A DNA stretch of 64,000 nt from a virus, in the IMG/VR virus record IMGVR_UViG_3300043409_001033, positions 1-64,000 of that record; one strand, 5' to 3'. Both the position numbers and the translations under genes were made by a program. A model generated the notes under the pieces. That model worked only from the letters and a program-made list of their open reading frames with translations. It searched no databases and had not been told where the DNA came from. Below are positions 47,590-56,854 of the stretch, one piece after another; the first letter of the stretch is position 1, and every line of letters starts with the position of its first letter.

Positions 47590-48419
47590 ATTCTATAATT
47601 CTTCCAGTAAGTATGTTCTTTATTATAACTATCTGAAAATGAATCATAGTGATTTGTAAAATTTCTTCCATGTTTGATGTGGATAGATTGTTGTTTGTCA
47701 TAAACAACCTTTACACCAAAACTCGGTTCGACAGAATTATATTCTCCTTGTAAATATTTTAACAAAATAGCACTAAAGTATTCAACAGCAAAATCAAATT
47801 TCATCGTCATTTGATGTAATGGAATCGTAGATTGTTTTAAATTTGAATATCCAAATTCATTTAATCCACCATAATTCATATTACAAATAATATTTTCATT
47901 AAAATCTTCATATTCAAAATGTTCGCTTGTATATAAAACATCATGTTCTAAAAAAGATACATATTCATACCCTTTATTATATTTTTTAGCAAGTAATAAA
48001 CATTGAAGAATTTGTGAAACTATCGTAAAATGAGATGAATTGTTTTTATTGATTGAACTTAAATTATAAAATTTATCATTATTTATCTTTTCCCAAGCAC
48101 AAGTAATAATGTCTATTTTAGAAGTTAATTTCTCTAATTCAAATAATACCTTTGATAAAATATCGGGTCTTATTTGATTATTTGTATAAAATATACCTAA
48201 TCTATTACTTGTTGGAAATTTATTAAAATAATCCACTAAGAAAGTATCCCATTCCTTTATGATAATTGTTGAATTAACACATAGATATTTTCTATTGTTT
48301 GGTTCGGGGTCGGAAAATAAATTATTACTAACTACAAAATCTTCTTTTTGTGATTGGACAATATTAGTAACATCAATTTCATTGGTAATTCCTCTATAAA
48401 CTGCTTTAGTTATGAGCAT
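47586..48419 (-). CDS. glycosyltransferase (GT-A/GT2-like) with an N-terminal SUEL/DUF3395-like lectin-type domain
   Basis: N-terminal ITKAVY...DVTNIV...NNLFSDPEPNNRKYL; YVSFLEHDVLY (ExD) and IHIKHGRNFT; ATGA-coupled to the downstream GT. Confidence 0.65.
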   Translation of the reverse strand: MLITKAVYRGITNEIDVTNIVQSQKEDFVVSNNLFSDPEPNNRKYLCVNSTIIIKEWDTFLVDYFNKFPTSNRLGIFYTNNQIRPDILSKVLFELEKLTSKIDIITCAWEKINNDKFYNLSSINKNNSSHFTIVSQILQCLLLAKKYNKGYEYVSFLEHDVLYTSEHFEYEDFNENIICNMNYGGLNEFGYSNLKQSTIPLHQMTMKFDFAVEYFSAILLKYLQGEYNSVEPSFGVKVVYDKQQSIHIKHGRNFTNHYDSFSDSYNKEHTYWKNYRI

Positions 48420-49642
48420 GGATTATTATTGATAAATGTTAAATTATCATAAGTTTTTGGAAAGTAATCATTTATACAAATAAATGAAACTATATCATTG
48501 GGATTTTTAGATATTGTAAATGTTGAATCAGTATTATCTTTTGGAATAACTGTTTGATAATTTACAATTTGTGTAGAATTTGATTCAAAATAAGTAATTG
48601 TGTAGTAACCAGAAATATTTACATCAACTGGTGCTGAATAACGTTTACCAGATTTTAATAAAGAAGCTCTAATATCAAACGTATTTCCAGATTCATCGTC
48701 TAATTGCGTAACAACAATTTTTACTTGTGAAGAACTTGTATCAACAGTGCATTGTGTAACAGCAACCGTTACATCGGCAAAGGAATCTTCATTTTGATTA
48801 AATGCTCTTACGGTAATAAATTCTCCCCCAACATAATTAGTTGCTACGCCAGAATTAGTAGGTAAAGTAAACTCTGTTTCGTTTGGTTTTAATGTATAAT
48901 CAGGTGTATCAAAGTTATTACTACAAACAAAATTTTGATTATAGCAATATCTAAATATGGTTGCATTAGAAATATTAAATACTCTTATTTTAGCATCTGT
49001 TTTCCCACAAGTATTTGGTATATATTGAACTTCAAAACTTGGGTTTGGACATGATAAAACAGGAGAAGTATATGTAGCAGTTATAGCATGATTAGTAGAA
49101 TCTCTTGCCGTAAATACATAAGAACCTTCTTTTATATCAAGTTCAAAAAATGAATTTGGTTCAACGTTATCATAATCTCTTACAATTTCATTAGTGATAG
49201 AGTCTTTTATTTGTAACTCTATTTTAGAAGAATTATTTCCTCCAAAACTAACTCGTATTCTACTAAATATAATACCATTTACCTTGATACATGACTTTAC
49301 TACAACCGAAATAGATAGATTTCCTATTGTAGTTGTAGAAGTTGTAGTTCCTTGTGTAGTTGATGTATATGGTAATGTAGTTGGTGGAACGTATAGTTTA
49401 GTTGTTCTTGAAGTATCAGGAATTATAAATTGTGTTGTTGCTACATTTATTAATGTGTATTCTTTAACAGTTCCGCAATTTAATCTCGTAACTTCAATAT
49501 TGTATATAGGAGAATATTCTTCAAATGAAATAGTAAACGGAAAGGAAACATTTTCATAAATAGTTTTACCTAAATATGAAATGTTATAATTTCCGCTATT
49601 GTTTACCGAATTATTAGAATATGTTAATGTAAAATTATACAA
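48410..49642 (-). CDS. beta-rich putative virion appendage protein with a Thr-rich linker
   Basis: PPTTLPYTSTTQGTTTSTTT; Ig/SprB-like segment (GSYVFTARDS); paired cysteines. Confidence 0.6.
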   Translation of the reverse strand: MYNFTLTYSNNSVNNSGNYNISYLGKTIYENVSFPFTISFEEYSPIYNIEVTRLNCGTVKEYTLINVATTQFIIPDTSRTTKLYVPPTTLPYTSTTQGTTTSTTTIGNLSISVVVKSCIKVNGIIFSRIRVSFGGNNSSKIELQIKDSITNEIVRDYDNVEPNSFFELDIKEGSYVFTARDSTNHAITATYTSPVLSCPNPSFEVQYIPNTCGKTDAKIRVFNISNATIFRYCYNQNFVCSNNFDTPDYTLKPNETEFTLPTNSGVATNYVGGEFITVRAFNQNEDSFADVTVAVTQCTVDTSSSQVKIVVTQLDDESGNTFDIRASLLKSGKRYSAPVDVNISGYYTITYFESNSTQIVNYQTVIPKDNTDSTFTISKNPNDIVSFICINDYFPKTYDNLTFINNNPCS

Positions 49643-51587
49643 GATTTTGAATAGTTATTTTTCTCGAAACTTGAACAGAACCATCGCAGTTAGTAACTGT
49701 TAAATAAATATATGGTGTTGGAAATTCGGAGTTATTCCATGTAACATTAGCACTGTTATCTGTTTCTGCACTATTTAATGTTCCACCAACTACTTCCCAC
49801 AAATAGGAAGTTACGGGACTTCCGTTATATGAACCATTTAAGCTATACTCATAAGCAACATCAGAATATACAACAAATGTTCCACTAATTGCCACATTTG
49901 ATAAAGGTATACATGGTGCAATCGTTGTTGTAGACGTTGTAGTCGTACTTGTGGTTGAGGTACTTGTAGATGTAGTAGTTGTTGTGCTTGGATTACAATT
50001 ATTTCTATTATCCAACATGATTTGATACAATTTGTTTCTACCTACATCTTTAATGTAAACTTGATAAACTTGTTGTTGATAGTTTGTTCCAATTTTATTT
50101 AAAGTAATATCAAAACTTGTTCCAGTTACATTTGTAAATGAACCATTATCCAAAGAATATTGATAATTACCAGAACCATTATAAGCGTCAAACGTCCATC
50201 TAAAAGTTGTGTCTGTACAAGTCATATTGGGAACTGATACATAAAAGCTATCACTATAACTTATTACATTACAAGAAGCATTTTGAGATGCTCCTATTAT
50301 TGCTGGTAGTGTTGAATTGGTTATTGCTGTAATATTTCCTGTTACAGAATCTAATGAAAATAATCTTGGGGTAGGTAAAGTCGCTTGAAAATATATTAAA
50401 GAATTATATACATATAAACTTCTTAGGTTGTAATAACCACTTAAACCGCTTAAACTATATTTTCTCAAAATTAGATTTGAACCATCGGCTTTCATTAACC
50501 ATATTTGAGGTTCATTTCCAATATGAGGGTCATAAATCAATGCTAAAAAACAATTCATTGATTGTACGTATGCTAATTCTTCTAATGAACAATATTGAAA
50601 AGTATTTGAATTTGGATATGAATAAGATATTCTTGATATAACAGAATTAAACTCATAACCACCCGAAACGGGTGTATATTTTCCAATAGAATATTCACCT
50701 GCATAAAAGTTACCAGAGGTATCGTGACATTGACCTCTTGCTATTAAATTAGCTTCTTCGGTAGGGTCAGTTGTTATGGATTGGATACCATAGGAACCAT
50801 CTGTTAAATCTAAAGTTTGTAAAACATATTGACTACCACTTTGGATAGCGGAATATAATTTATTACTATATAAAGATATATCAAGACTAATCCCCCAGTT
50901 TGAATAAATAGTGGAATATGTATTATCAACAGGATTGTAGTAATAAACATTTTGATTGTTATTACCAAAAACTCCGCATGGATTATAAGTTGGAGTTGTA
51001 GTTGTGCTACTTGTTGTTAAAGTAGTTGAAGTACTTGTAGTCGTACTTGTGGTTGAAGTAGTAGAACCTCCAGAAGTCGTGGTTGTTAAACATGGTATAT
51101 TTATATTATTTATTTCAGAAATACAACTTTGGTCATTGTAATCTCTTAATTGAATTTTATAATTTGCACACGATAATTTAAAACTAAAATTATTTGAACT
51201 AATAGGCGTAGTCCAATCTCTAACAACAGTAGTTCCCGATAAGATTTTAATTTGATATAATCTATAAAAAGAACTTTGAATCAAATCTACTAAAATATAT
51301 CCTTTTTGTTCATTATAATCATAAGGAAAACTTTCATTATTGACAAAAGTAACAGATGAAAATCCAATATCACATGGATTAGCGGTTGTAGTAGAAGTCG
51401 TACTTGTAGTCGTTTGCTCAGAACAATCTATAATAGTAGAACCACTTGGCAAAGAATTATACGTGATTCTGTTTAAATCAGAACGCATAAAATTAAAGCA
51501 GTCTATACCAGTCATAGTGTTATCATTACAACGGTAAAACAACGTCTCAGTTCCTTTTTGTACTTTTATAAATTTATGCTTATTCAT
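49635..51587 (-). CDS. putative virion appendage/adhesin with three mucin-like Thr tracts, propeller-like, SprB-like and PKD-like modules
   Basis: Three T/S tracts of 11 to ~33 aa; GSGNYQYSLDNG..YQVYIKD (SprB-like); YLWEVVGG..VTW..LTVTNCDG (PKD-like). Confidence 0.65.
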   Translation of the reverse strand: MNKHKFIKVQKGTETLFYRCNDNTMTGIDCFNFMRSDLNRITYNSLPSGSTIIDCSEQTTTSTTSTTTANPCDIGFSSVTFVNNESFPYDYNEQKGYILVDLIQSSFYRLYQIKILSGTTVVRDWTTPISSNNFSFKLSCANYKIQLRDYNDQSCISEINNINIPCLTTTTSGGSTTSTTSTTTSTSTTLTTSSTTTTPTYNPCGVFGNNNQNVYYYNPVDNTYSTIYSNWGISLDISLYSNKLYSAIQSGSQYVLQTLDLTDGSYGIQSITTDPTEEANLIARGQCHDTSGNFYAGEYSIGKYTPVSGGYEFNSVISRISYSYPNSNTFQYCSLEELAYVQSMNCFLALIYDPHIGNEPQIWLMKADGSNLILRKYSLSGLSGYYNLRSLYVYNSLIYFQATLPTPRLFSLDSVTGNITAITNSTLPAIIGASQNASCNVISYSDSFYVSVPNMTCTDTTFRWTFDAYNGSGNYQYSLDNGSFTNVTGTSFDITLNKIGTNYQQQVYQVYIKDVGRNKLYQIMLDNRNNCNPSTTTTTSTSTSTTSTTTTSTTTIAPCIPLSNVAISGTFVVYSDVAYEYSLNGSYNGSPVTSYLWEVVGGTLNSAETDNSANVTWNNSEFPTPYIYLTVTNCDGSVQVSRKITIQNLV

Positions 51588-51625
51588 AACAAATTAACAA
51601 TAAATAATTTTAAATAGTTCCATGA

Positions 51626-52231
51626 TTATAAAATATCCCACCCAGTTCCAAAACTTTGTATTGTATATGATGATTTTGGAATACTCGTAGATAAATAATT
51701 GTAATCATCAATTAATTGAGAACCGCTTGGAATAATATTTACAGAATTTAATGTATTATCTACTTTTTTTATTATGAAAGTTCTTCCTTGAACTAAATTT
51801 GCATCCATTAATGAAATATTAATAGAACTTCCAGAAGCATTTACTCTAATAGTACCATCGAATTGATTTAATGAATAATTAGAAATAACGGTTTTTGGAA
51901 CAGATTCTATTATACTACCAGAAATATTTATAGTAGAACCAGAATTATTTATATAAGATAAATAAACAAATGAACCAGAAAGACTTATACTACTAATCGA
52001 ATTTACAGAATCCTGTAAAATATTATATTCAACATCATCTAACACCTTAATTGGGTTAGAACCACTTCGTTTAAAGTAAAGTGAACCACTACCAATAGCC
52101 ATCAAACCATCCCTTGTTAAATAAGAGTTGGAATCATTTACTGTTAAATAATATGGAATAGCAAAATTAGAAATACTTGAATAGTTATCTCCAACTAAAT
52201 CTCCATATATTTTTTGTGAACCACTTGCCAT
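51626..52231 (-). CDS. tail fibre-like protein rich in SGS
   Basis: Eight SGS in 201 aa; C-terminal GRTFIIKKVD...GSQLID...GTGWDIL fibre-type domain. Confidence 0.65.
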   Translation of the reverse strand: MASGSQKIYGDLVGDNYSSISNFAIPYYLTVNDSNSYLTRDGLMAIGSGSLYFKRSGSNPIKVLDDVEYNILQDSVNSISSISLSGSFVYLSYINNSGSTINISGSIIESVPKTVISNYSLNQFDGTIRVNASGSSINISLMDANLVQGRTFIIKKVDNTLNSVNIIPSGSQLIDDYNYLSTSIPKSSYTIQSFGTGWDIL

Positions 52232-52561
52232 TTAGAATATAATTAGTTTAAATGATATTGAACTTGTAGCATTTACTGTAACACTGTTTGCAGTTCTATC
52301 TATTTTGTTTGGTATAAATATTTCATTTCCACTACCATCTTCACAACGAATACCGTTTATGTATGGTAATAAATGTTCATCTTGTAAAACAGTAACAGTG
52401 CTTACATTTGAACAAGTTTTTATATATCGTTGTTTAAATTCAAAAACAGCAGAAATCAATTCTTTTACTAATGTATTTAATTCACCCCCTCTTGTTAAGG
52501 GATTTCTATTATCGCTTAGTGTATTATCTGTTAATGTTTCTATTTGACTTCTTGATAACAT
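52232..52561 (-). CDS. hypothetical virion protein
   Basis: 109 aa with its own late motif and a beta-rich C-terminus. Confidence 0.65.
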   Translation of the reverse strand: MLSRSQIETLTDNTLSDNRNPLTRGGELNTLVKELISAVFEFKQRYIKTCSNVSTVTVLQDEHLLPYINGIRCEDGSGNEIFIPNKIDRTANSVTVNATSSISFKLIIF

Positions 52562-52573
52562 TATTATTTTTAT

Positions 52574-52583
52574 TTATAAATAT
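52574..52583 (-). promoter_or_regulatory. late-promoter-like motif ATATTTATAA (includes the upstream gene's TAA stop)
   Basis: Exact 10-mer 12 nt upstream of ATG 52561. Confidence 0.6.
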
Positions 52584-55153
52584 GATGTTACACAATTATT
52601 ACCACTTATCAACCATGTTGGTTCTTGTTGTCCATTCAAACAGGCTATTCTTACTTTAGTTGAAATTTTACAAGATTTATTAGATTTTAATCTTACCCAA
52701 ACTGTATATAAACCATTTGGTAAATAGTTTGATTGATTATTTTCCGTGTAATACAAATCTACATCTCCGTTGAATGAATATTCTAAACCAGAAGAATCTT
52801 TAGTAAAAGGATTTAAAGCACTTACAATTATAATTCCTCTATTATCATTACTAACACCGCAGACAAAGTTTGTATATGGATATTCTCTAATAATAGGATT
52901 GCAATTAAAAATAGTTGTAGTAGAAGAAATATTACTTAATGTCAAAGATAATGTTTTATTATCATCTTCATTATTATAACCATTTCCAGCAATAGAATTA
53001 GGGTCATATTGGTCTACTTCCCATACTTGAGATTTTATTTGTTTAACATCACCGACATTACCATTAAATTTACCTTTAAATCTTATAACAAAACTATCTC
53101 CGACAATTAATTCATCTTTACTAAACAAATAATAACCATTTTCAAAAGTATAATCATAAGAAGATATACTTGATGTATTGATAATAAAGTTATTATCATA
53201 TTCTAACTTAATAACTAAATTAGTAGCATTACTATTTCCTTTATTTTGAATAACAATTGTAAAATCTAAATCGGTATTAATTAAAGGAGTAGTTGTACTT
53301 GAATAAAATGTTAATTCTAAATCAGATATTTCAATCTCACTATTAATTGTTGTAGATGTAGAAGTACTCGATGGTAAAGTAGTAGTAAAATCGACCGATG
53401 CTAATTGATTGAATGTCAATTGACTACTTAAAGTTTTACAAAAATCCTTTGTTTGATATATTAAAGAACTATTTGTGTATGAATCATCAACAATAACCTC
53501 TAAATAATTAGAATTTATGTCACTAACAAATTTTACACCTCCATTAAATTGCCAATTAGGAAATTCTTTTAGATAAAAATTAGTGTTAGCAAAAATTATA
53601 TAATTATTTTTTGTATTGGTTGGTATTAATTCTAATTCAACTTGAGAATCTACGCAAGTTGGTTCTAAACAGTTACCATTAAATGTAATAGTCTTAGTTG
53701 TTGTTGGACAACAATCACTATAAATAGTAGCAATAACATCTCCTCTACAACCAAATAACATTATACTATCTTTATAGGTAGGAATACCGCTCATTTCGCC
53801 TGTAAATGCCCATTGAACCGTAGAAATATTACAATGATTGGAAACTACTTTATATTCATTATATATTTGGTTTATTTGACCTAAAGCGTTTAAATCAACA
53901 TAATCTTTTATTTTATTAAAAGAATATTCTCCTGTCATAGGGTTCATTTTAAAATGATACTCTACATAGGATTCATTTGTTGTTGATTTTACCTTTAAGT
54001 TAAAATTATAAGCATTTCTTAGGTATGTATATGGATTTGATAAAGATGTATCAATGATTACTCTACTTGCTAATTCACTTATGGTAAAATATGTTAATCC
54101 ACCATCTTTTGAAAATGAAATATTATAATTTTGGTCGGTATCAAAAATGTAACTATAATTATTTATACCATTGTTTCTTGTAGAAGTTTTTATTACATCG
54201 GTTAATGATACAAAAATGTTATTACTTGGCAATACTTCTACTTGGTTTGATTTTTTGATTATTTGAAAATCTGCTACTCTACTTAAACAATTATTATCTG
54301 ATAATGTTGGATTTGGTATAGTTAAATCAAAATCACAGTTTTCAATTACGTTTATTTCAATATCTGAAATATTAGAACATATTCCTAATGAATCTTTTAC
54401 TAAATATTGAGCAGTATATGTACCTAAAGAAGAATTTGTAAAAGTTATTGATGAATTATTATTTGTATAAGTAAACCCATCCGATAAATTTAATAGTTGT
54501 AGTGTAGAACTATCTAAAGTTTGGGAGCAATATGTAATAGCATCAGATAATAAATCTATTATCTTTGTTTCATTTTTTAGAAATGTATATTTTTTTGGGA
54601 AAACTGTTGGTTCAACTGGAAATAAGCAGAAATAATTTTGATTAGTTACTACAACTATGCCTTGTTGATAAAAAATATTACCTACAAGGTCATCGGAAAT
54701 AGTGTCTATTAGATTTCCGTTACCATCATCTTCAATATTGAATGAATCGGAATTTAATTTAAAGAAAGTTGGTTGTATTTCATTACCAAACATACTTTGG
54801 GGAATGTCTAATACACGAATAACACTTCCAATTTCGGTTGGAAAATCTTTAACTAAGTCTTGATTATGATTATATGAATGAAATGAGGATGAGTGAATAC
54901 TCGAACCCGAATATTGTTGATAAAAAAGTCTATTTACATTATCATAAATAGACCTTTGGTAATATCCATTCGTTTTCGGTTCAGTTGGTAGATAGAAATT
55001 TCCATCAAGCTTCTTTCCAGTATAAATTTTGACATCAGAATCACTACCACTTCCACACACATTTGGTAAGTTGTTGTAATTTAACTTATATTGTTTGTGT
55101 GCTTGATATGGTATTGTATTAACATCGTCAATATTGAGTCGTTTTAATGACAT
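52574..55153 (-). CDS. baseplate-anchored protein with Ig-like, DUF11-like and SprB-like extensions
   Basis: N-terminal DDGNGNL..VGNIFYQQGIVVVT; YTAQYLVKD; DUF11-like SDLEL..FTIVIQNKG.SNATNL..DQYDPNS..EDD; LEYSFNG..LPNGLYTVWVR. Confidence 0.7.
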   Translation of the reverse strand: MSLKRLNIDDVNTIPYQAHKQYKLNYNNLPNVCGSGSDSDVKIYTGKKLDGNFYLPTEPKTNGYYQRSIYDNVNRLFYQQYSGSSIHSSSFHSYNHNQDLVKDFPTEIGSVIRVLDIPQSMFGNEIQPTFFKLNSDSFNIEDDGNGNLIDTISDDLVGNIFYQQGIVVVTNQNYFCLFPVEPTVFPKKYTFLKNETKIIDLLSDAITYCSQTLDSSTLQLLNLSDGFTYTNNNSSITFTNSSLGTYTAQYLVKDSLGICSNISDIEINVIENCDFDLTIPNPTLSDNNCLSRVADFQIIKKSNQVEVLPSNNIFVSLTDVIKTSTRNNGINNYSYIFDTDQNYNISFSKDGGLTYFTISELASRVIIDTSLSNPYTYLRNAYNFNLKVKSTTNESYVEYHFKMNPMTGEYSFNKIKDYVDLNALGQINQIYNEYKVVSNHCNISTVQWAFTGEMSGIPTYKDSIMLFGCRGDVIATIYSDCCPTTTKTITFNGNCLEPTCVDSQVELELIPTNTKNNYIIFANTNFYLKEFPNWQFNGGVKFVSDINSNYLEVIVDDSYTNSSLIYQTKDFCKTLSSQLTFNQLASVDFTTTLPSSTSTSTTINSEIEISDLELTFYSSTTTPLINTDLDFTIVIQNKGNSNATNLVIKLEYDNNFIINTSSISSYDYTFENGYYLFSKDELIVGDSFVIRFKGKFNGNVGDVKQIKSQVWEVDQYDPNSIAGNGYNNEDDNKTLSLTLSNISSTTTIFNCNPIIREYPYTNFVCGVSNDNRGIIIVSALNPFTKDSSGLEYSFNGDVDLYYTENNQSNYLPNGLYTVWVRLKSNKSCKISTKVRIACLNGQQEPTWLISGNNCVTSYL

Positions 55154-55156
55154 TTG

Positions 55157-56170
55157 TTACCAACTAAATTTTACTTTAATTATTTTATCTTCAATAAATG
55201 TCTTTTTGAGAGGTTTAGACAACTTAGCCACCCCAACTAATTCCATTTTATCGGTATATACTCCTAATGTAGTCACATAGGTAGTAGGATTATCTATGAT
55301 ACTTTGGTCAAATATGTTACCAGAACTATCTAAAATACTTGGATTAGTTGTAAAATTAAAATCAGCATTAGATAATCGACAAAAATAATACTTACTTGTA
55401 ACAGTTTCTTCCGAACGAACTTGAAAATATTGACCAGCAGAAATCATATTGAATAATTTTAACTCATTTCTTTGAGTAGCGTTAGTCGGAGTAGTAGTAA
55501 TATTCAATCCAATACCTTTATTTGCATAAGATAACGCTAATGCTTTTGGATTTAGTACAAATAATCCTAAATCAGGTAACACTATTCCATAAGTACCTTG
55601 AGTTGTATTGACAATAGATGAACCACTCGCTAATACGCCATTTGAACCAGAAATAATCGTATAATATCTTGTATTACCAATATAATTATTTACAATATCA
55701 ATCTTTGAATCATCTGTTAATGAAAGAATATTAGACCCAGACTTTAGTCTTAAATTAAATCCACCTTGTATTGATTCTCTATAACAATCTCTTGATAATG
55801 AAAGGACGAAAATTTCATCAGAAGAAATTCCACCAGTAGAGTTAAAATTAAATAAATCTGTTTCTGAGTTTAGAATATTTTGTCTGAATGATGAATATGA
55901 TATTTTTGTAAACTTAGTTCCGTCATAAGTTTGATAAGCAGAACCAGAAATATTACCCGAACCAGAAATATTAGCATAAGAAATGCTAAATTGTGGGGTT
56001 GCTAATGGATTTACCGAAATATTGTCTTTATACACATTTACATAAAATCCATTATCTATAACAGGAGTATAAAATGTAGATAAAATTTCAGTATCATTTG
56101 ACCAAGCAGGTTTAACTACTTTTTGAGAATCAAGTGTTGAGTCACTTGGTTGAAATTTAATATATGTCAT
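55157..56170 (-). CDS. baseplate / tail-collar structural protein
   Basis: QFSISY, YYFCR...FNFTTNPS and YVTTLGVY..ELVGVAKLSKP; five SGS. Confidence 0.7.
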   Translation of the reverse strand: MTYIKFQPSDSTLDSQKVVKPAWSNDTEILSTFYTPVIDNGFYVNVYKDNISVNPLATPQFSISYANISGSGNISGSAYQTYDGTKFTKISYSSFRQNILNSETDLFNFNSTGGISSDEIFVLSLSRDCYRESIQGGFNLRLKSGSNILSLTDDSKIDIVNNYIGNTRYYTIISGSNGVLASGSSIVNTTQGTYGIVLPDLGLFVLNPKALALSYANKGIGLNITTTPTNATQRNELKLFNMISAGQYFQVRSEETVTSKYYFCRLSNADFNFTTNPSILDSSGNIFDQSIIDNPTTYVTTLGVYTDKMELVGVAKLSKPLKKTFIEDKIIKVKFSW

Positions 56171-56820
56171 TATTTTTTCTGAATAATTAATGGAATTGAG
56201 ATAAACGCACCAGAATCACGACCAGTAATTGTGATTGTTGATACTAACTCAGTTAAATTACTTGTAAATAGTGTATCGGCAGAAGTTGCAGTTAATGTAA
56301 ATGAAGTTCCTAATTCAGATTTGGTTACTTTTGCTCCATAAACAGTAGTATCGCTTGATGTAGAAACATCAGTAACACCAACTCCTTTGAATGAACTAAG
56401 TAATCTAATGTCATTAACCATTACTACATAACCATTTGTTTCAAAAGTTGTATTTGAACCATTATAATTTAAAGTTTGTGGAGTAATAGTAATACTTGCA
56501 CCTTGTTTTAATACAATACTACCAGCACCGATTGTTAAGATAGGAATTTTTGAAGTTCCTTTTGGTAAAGATATTAGTTTTGAAATTAATACTTGGTTTT
56601 GATTAGGATTAGCTTCCATGATAGGAGTATTTTCGATTGCTTCTCCATAAAAAGCACTTCCTTTAGGATGATTTGGATTCCATAGAGAATAATCTATTTC
56701 ATCGTCACCCAAAGCGAAATATTGAATATTGAAACTGCCATCGTTTTTTGCCAATAATTCTCTTCCCTTTTGAGTAAGTATAGCTTCAACAGTAAGTAAT
56801 TGACTATCTAAAAATGCCAT
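56170..56820 (-). CDS. baseplate-region virion structural protein
   Basis: AILTQKGRELLA, FALGDDEIDY and TITITGRDSGA; late motif upstream. Confidence 0.7.
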   Translation of the reverse strand: MAFLDSQLLTVEAILTQKGRELLAKNDGSFNIQYFALGDDEIDYSLWNPNHPKGSAFYGEAIENTPIMEANPNQNQVLISKLISLPKGTSKIPILTIGAGSIVLKQGASITITPQTLNYNGSNTTFETNGYVVMVNDIRLLSSFKGVGVTDVSTSSDTTVYGAKVTKSELGTSFTLTATSADTLFTSNLTELVSTITITGRDSGAFISIPLIIQKK

Positions 56821-56835
56821 TTGAACCTTTTTTAT

Positions 56836-56845
56836 TTATAAATAT
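56836..56845 (-). promoter_or_regulatory. late-promoter-like motif ATATTTATAA
   Basis: Exact 10-mer 15 nt upstream of ATG 56820. Confidence 0.7.
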
Positions 56846-56854
56846 GTAAATAAT

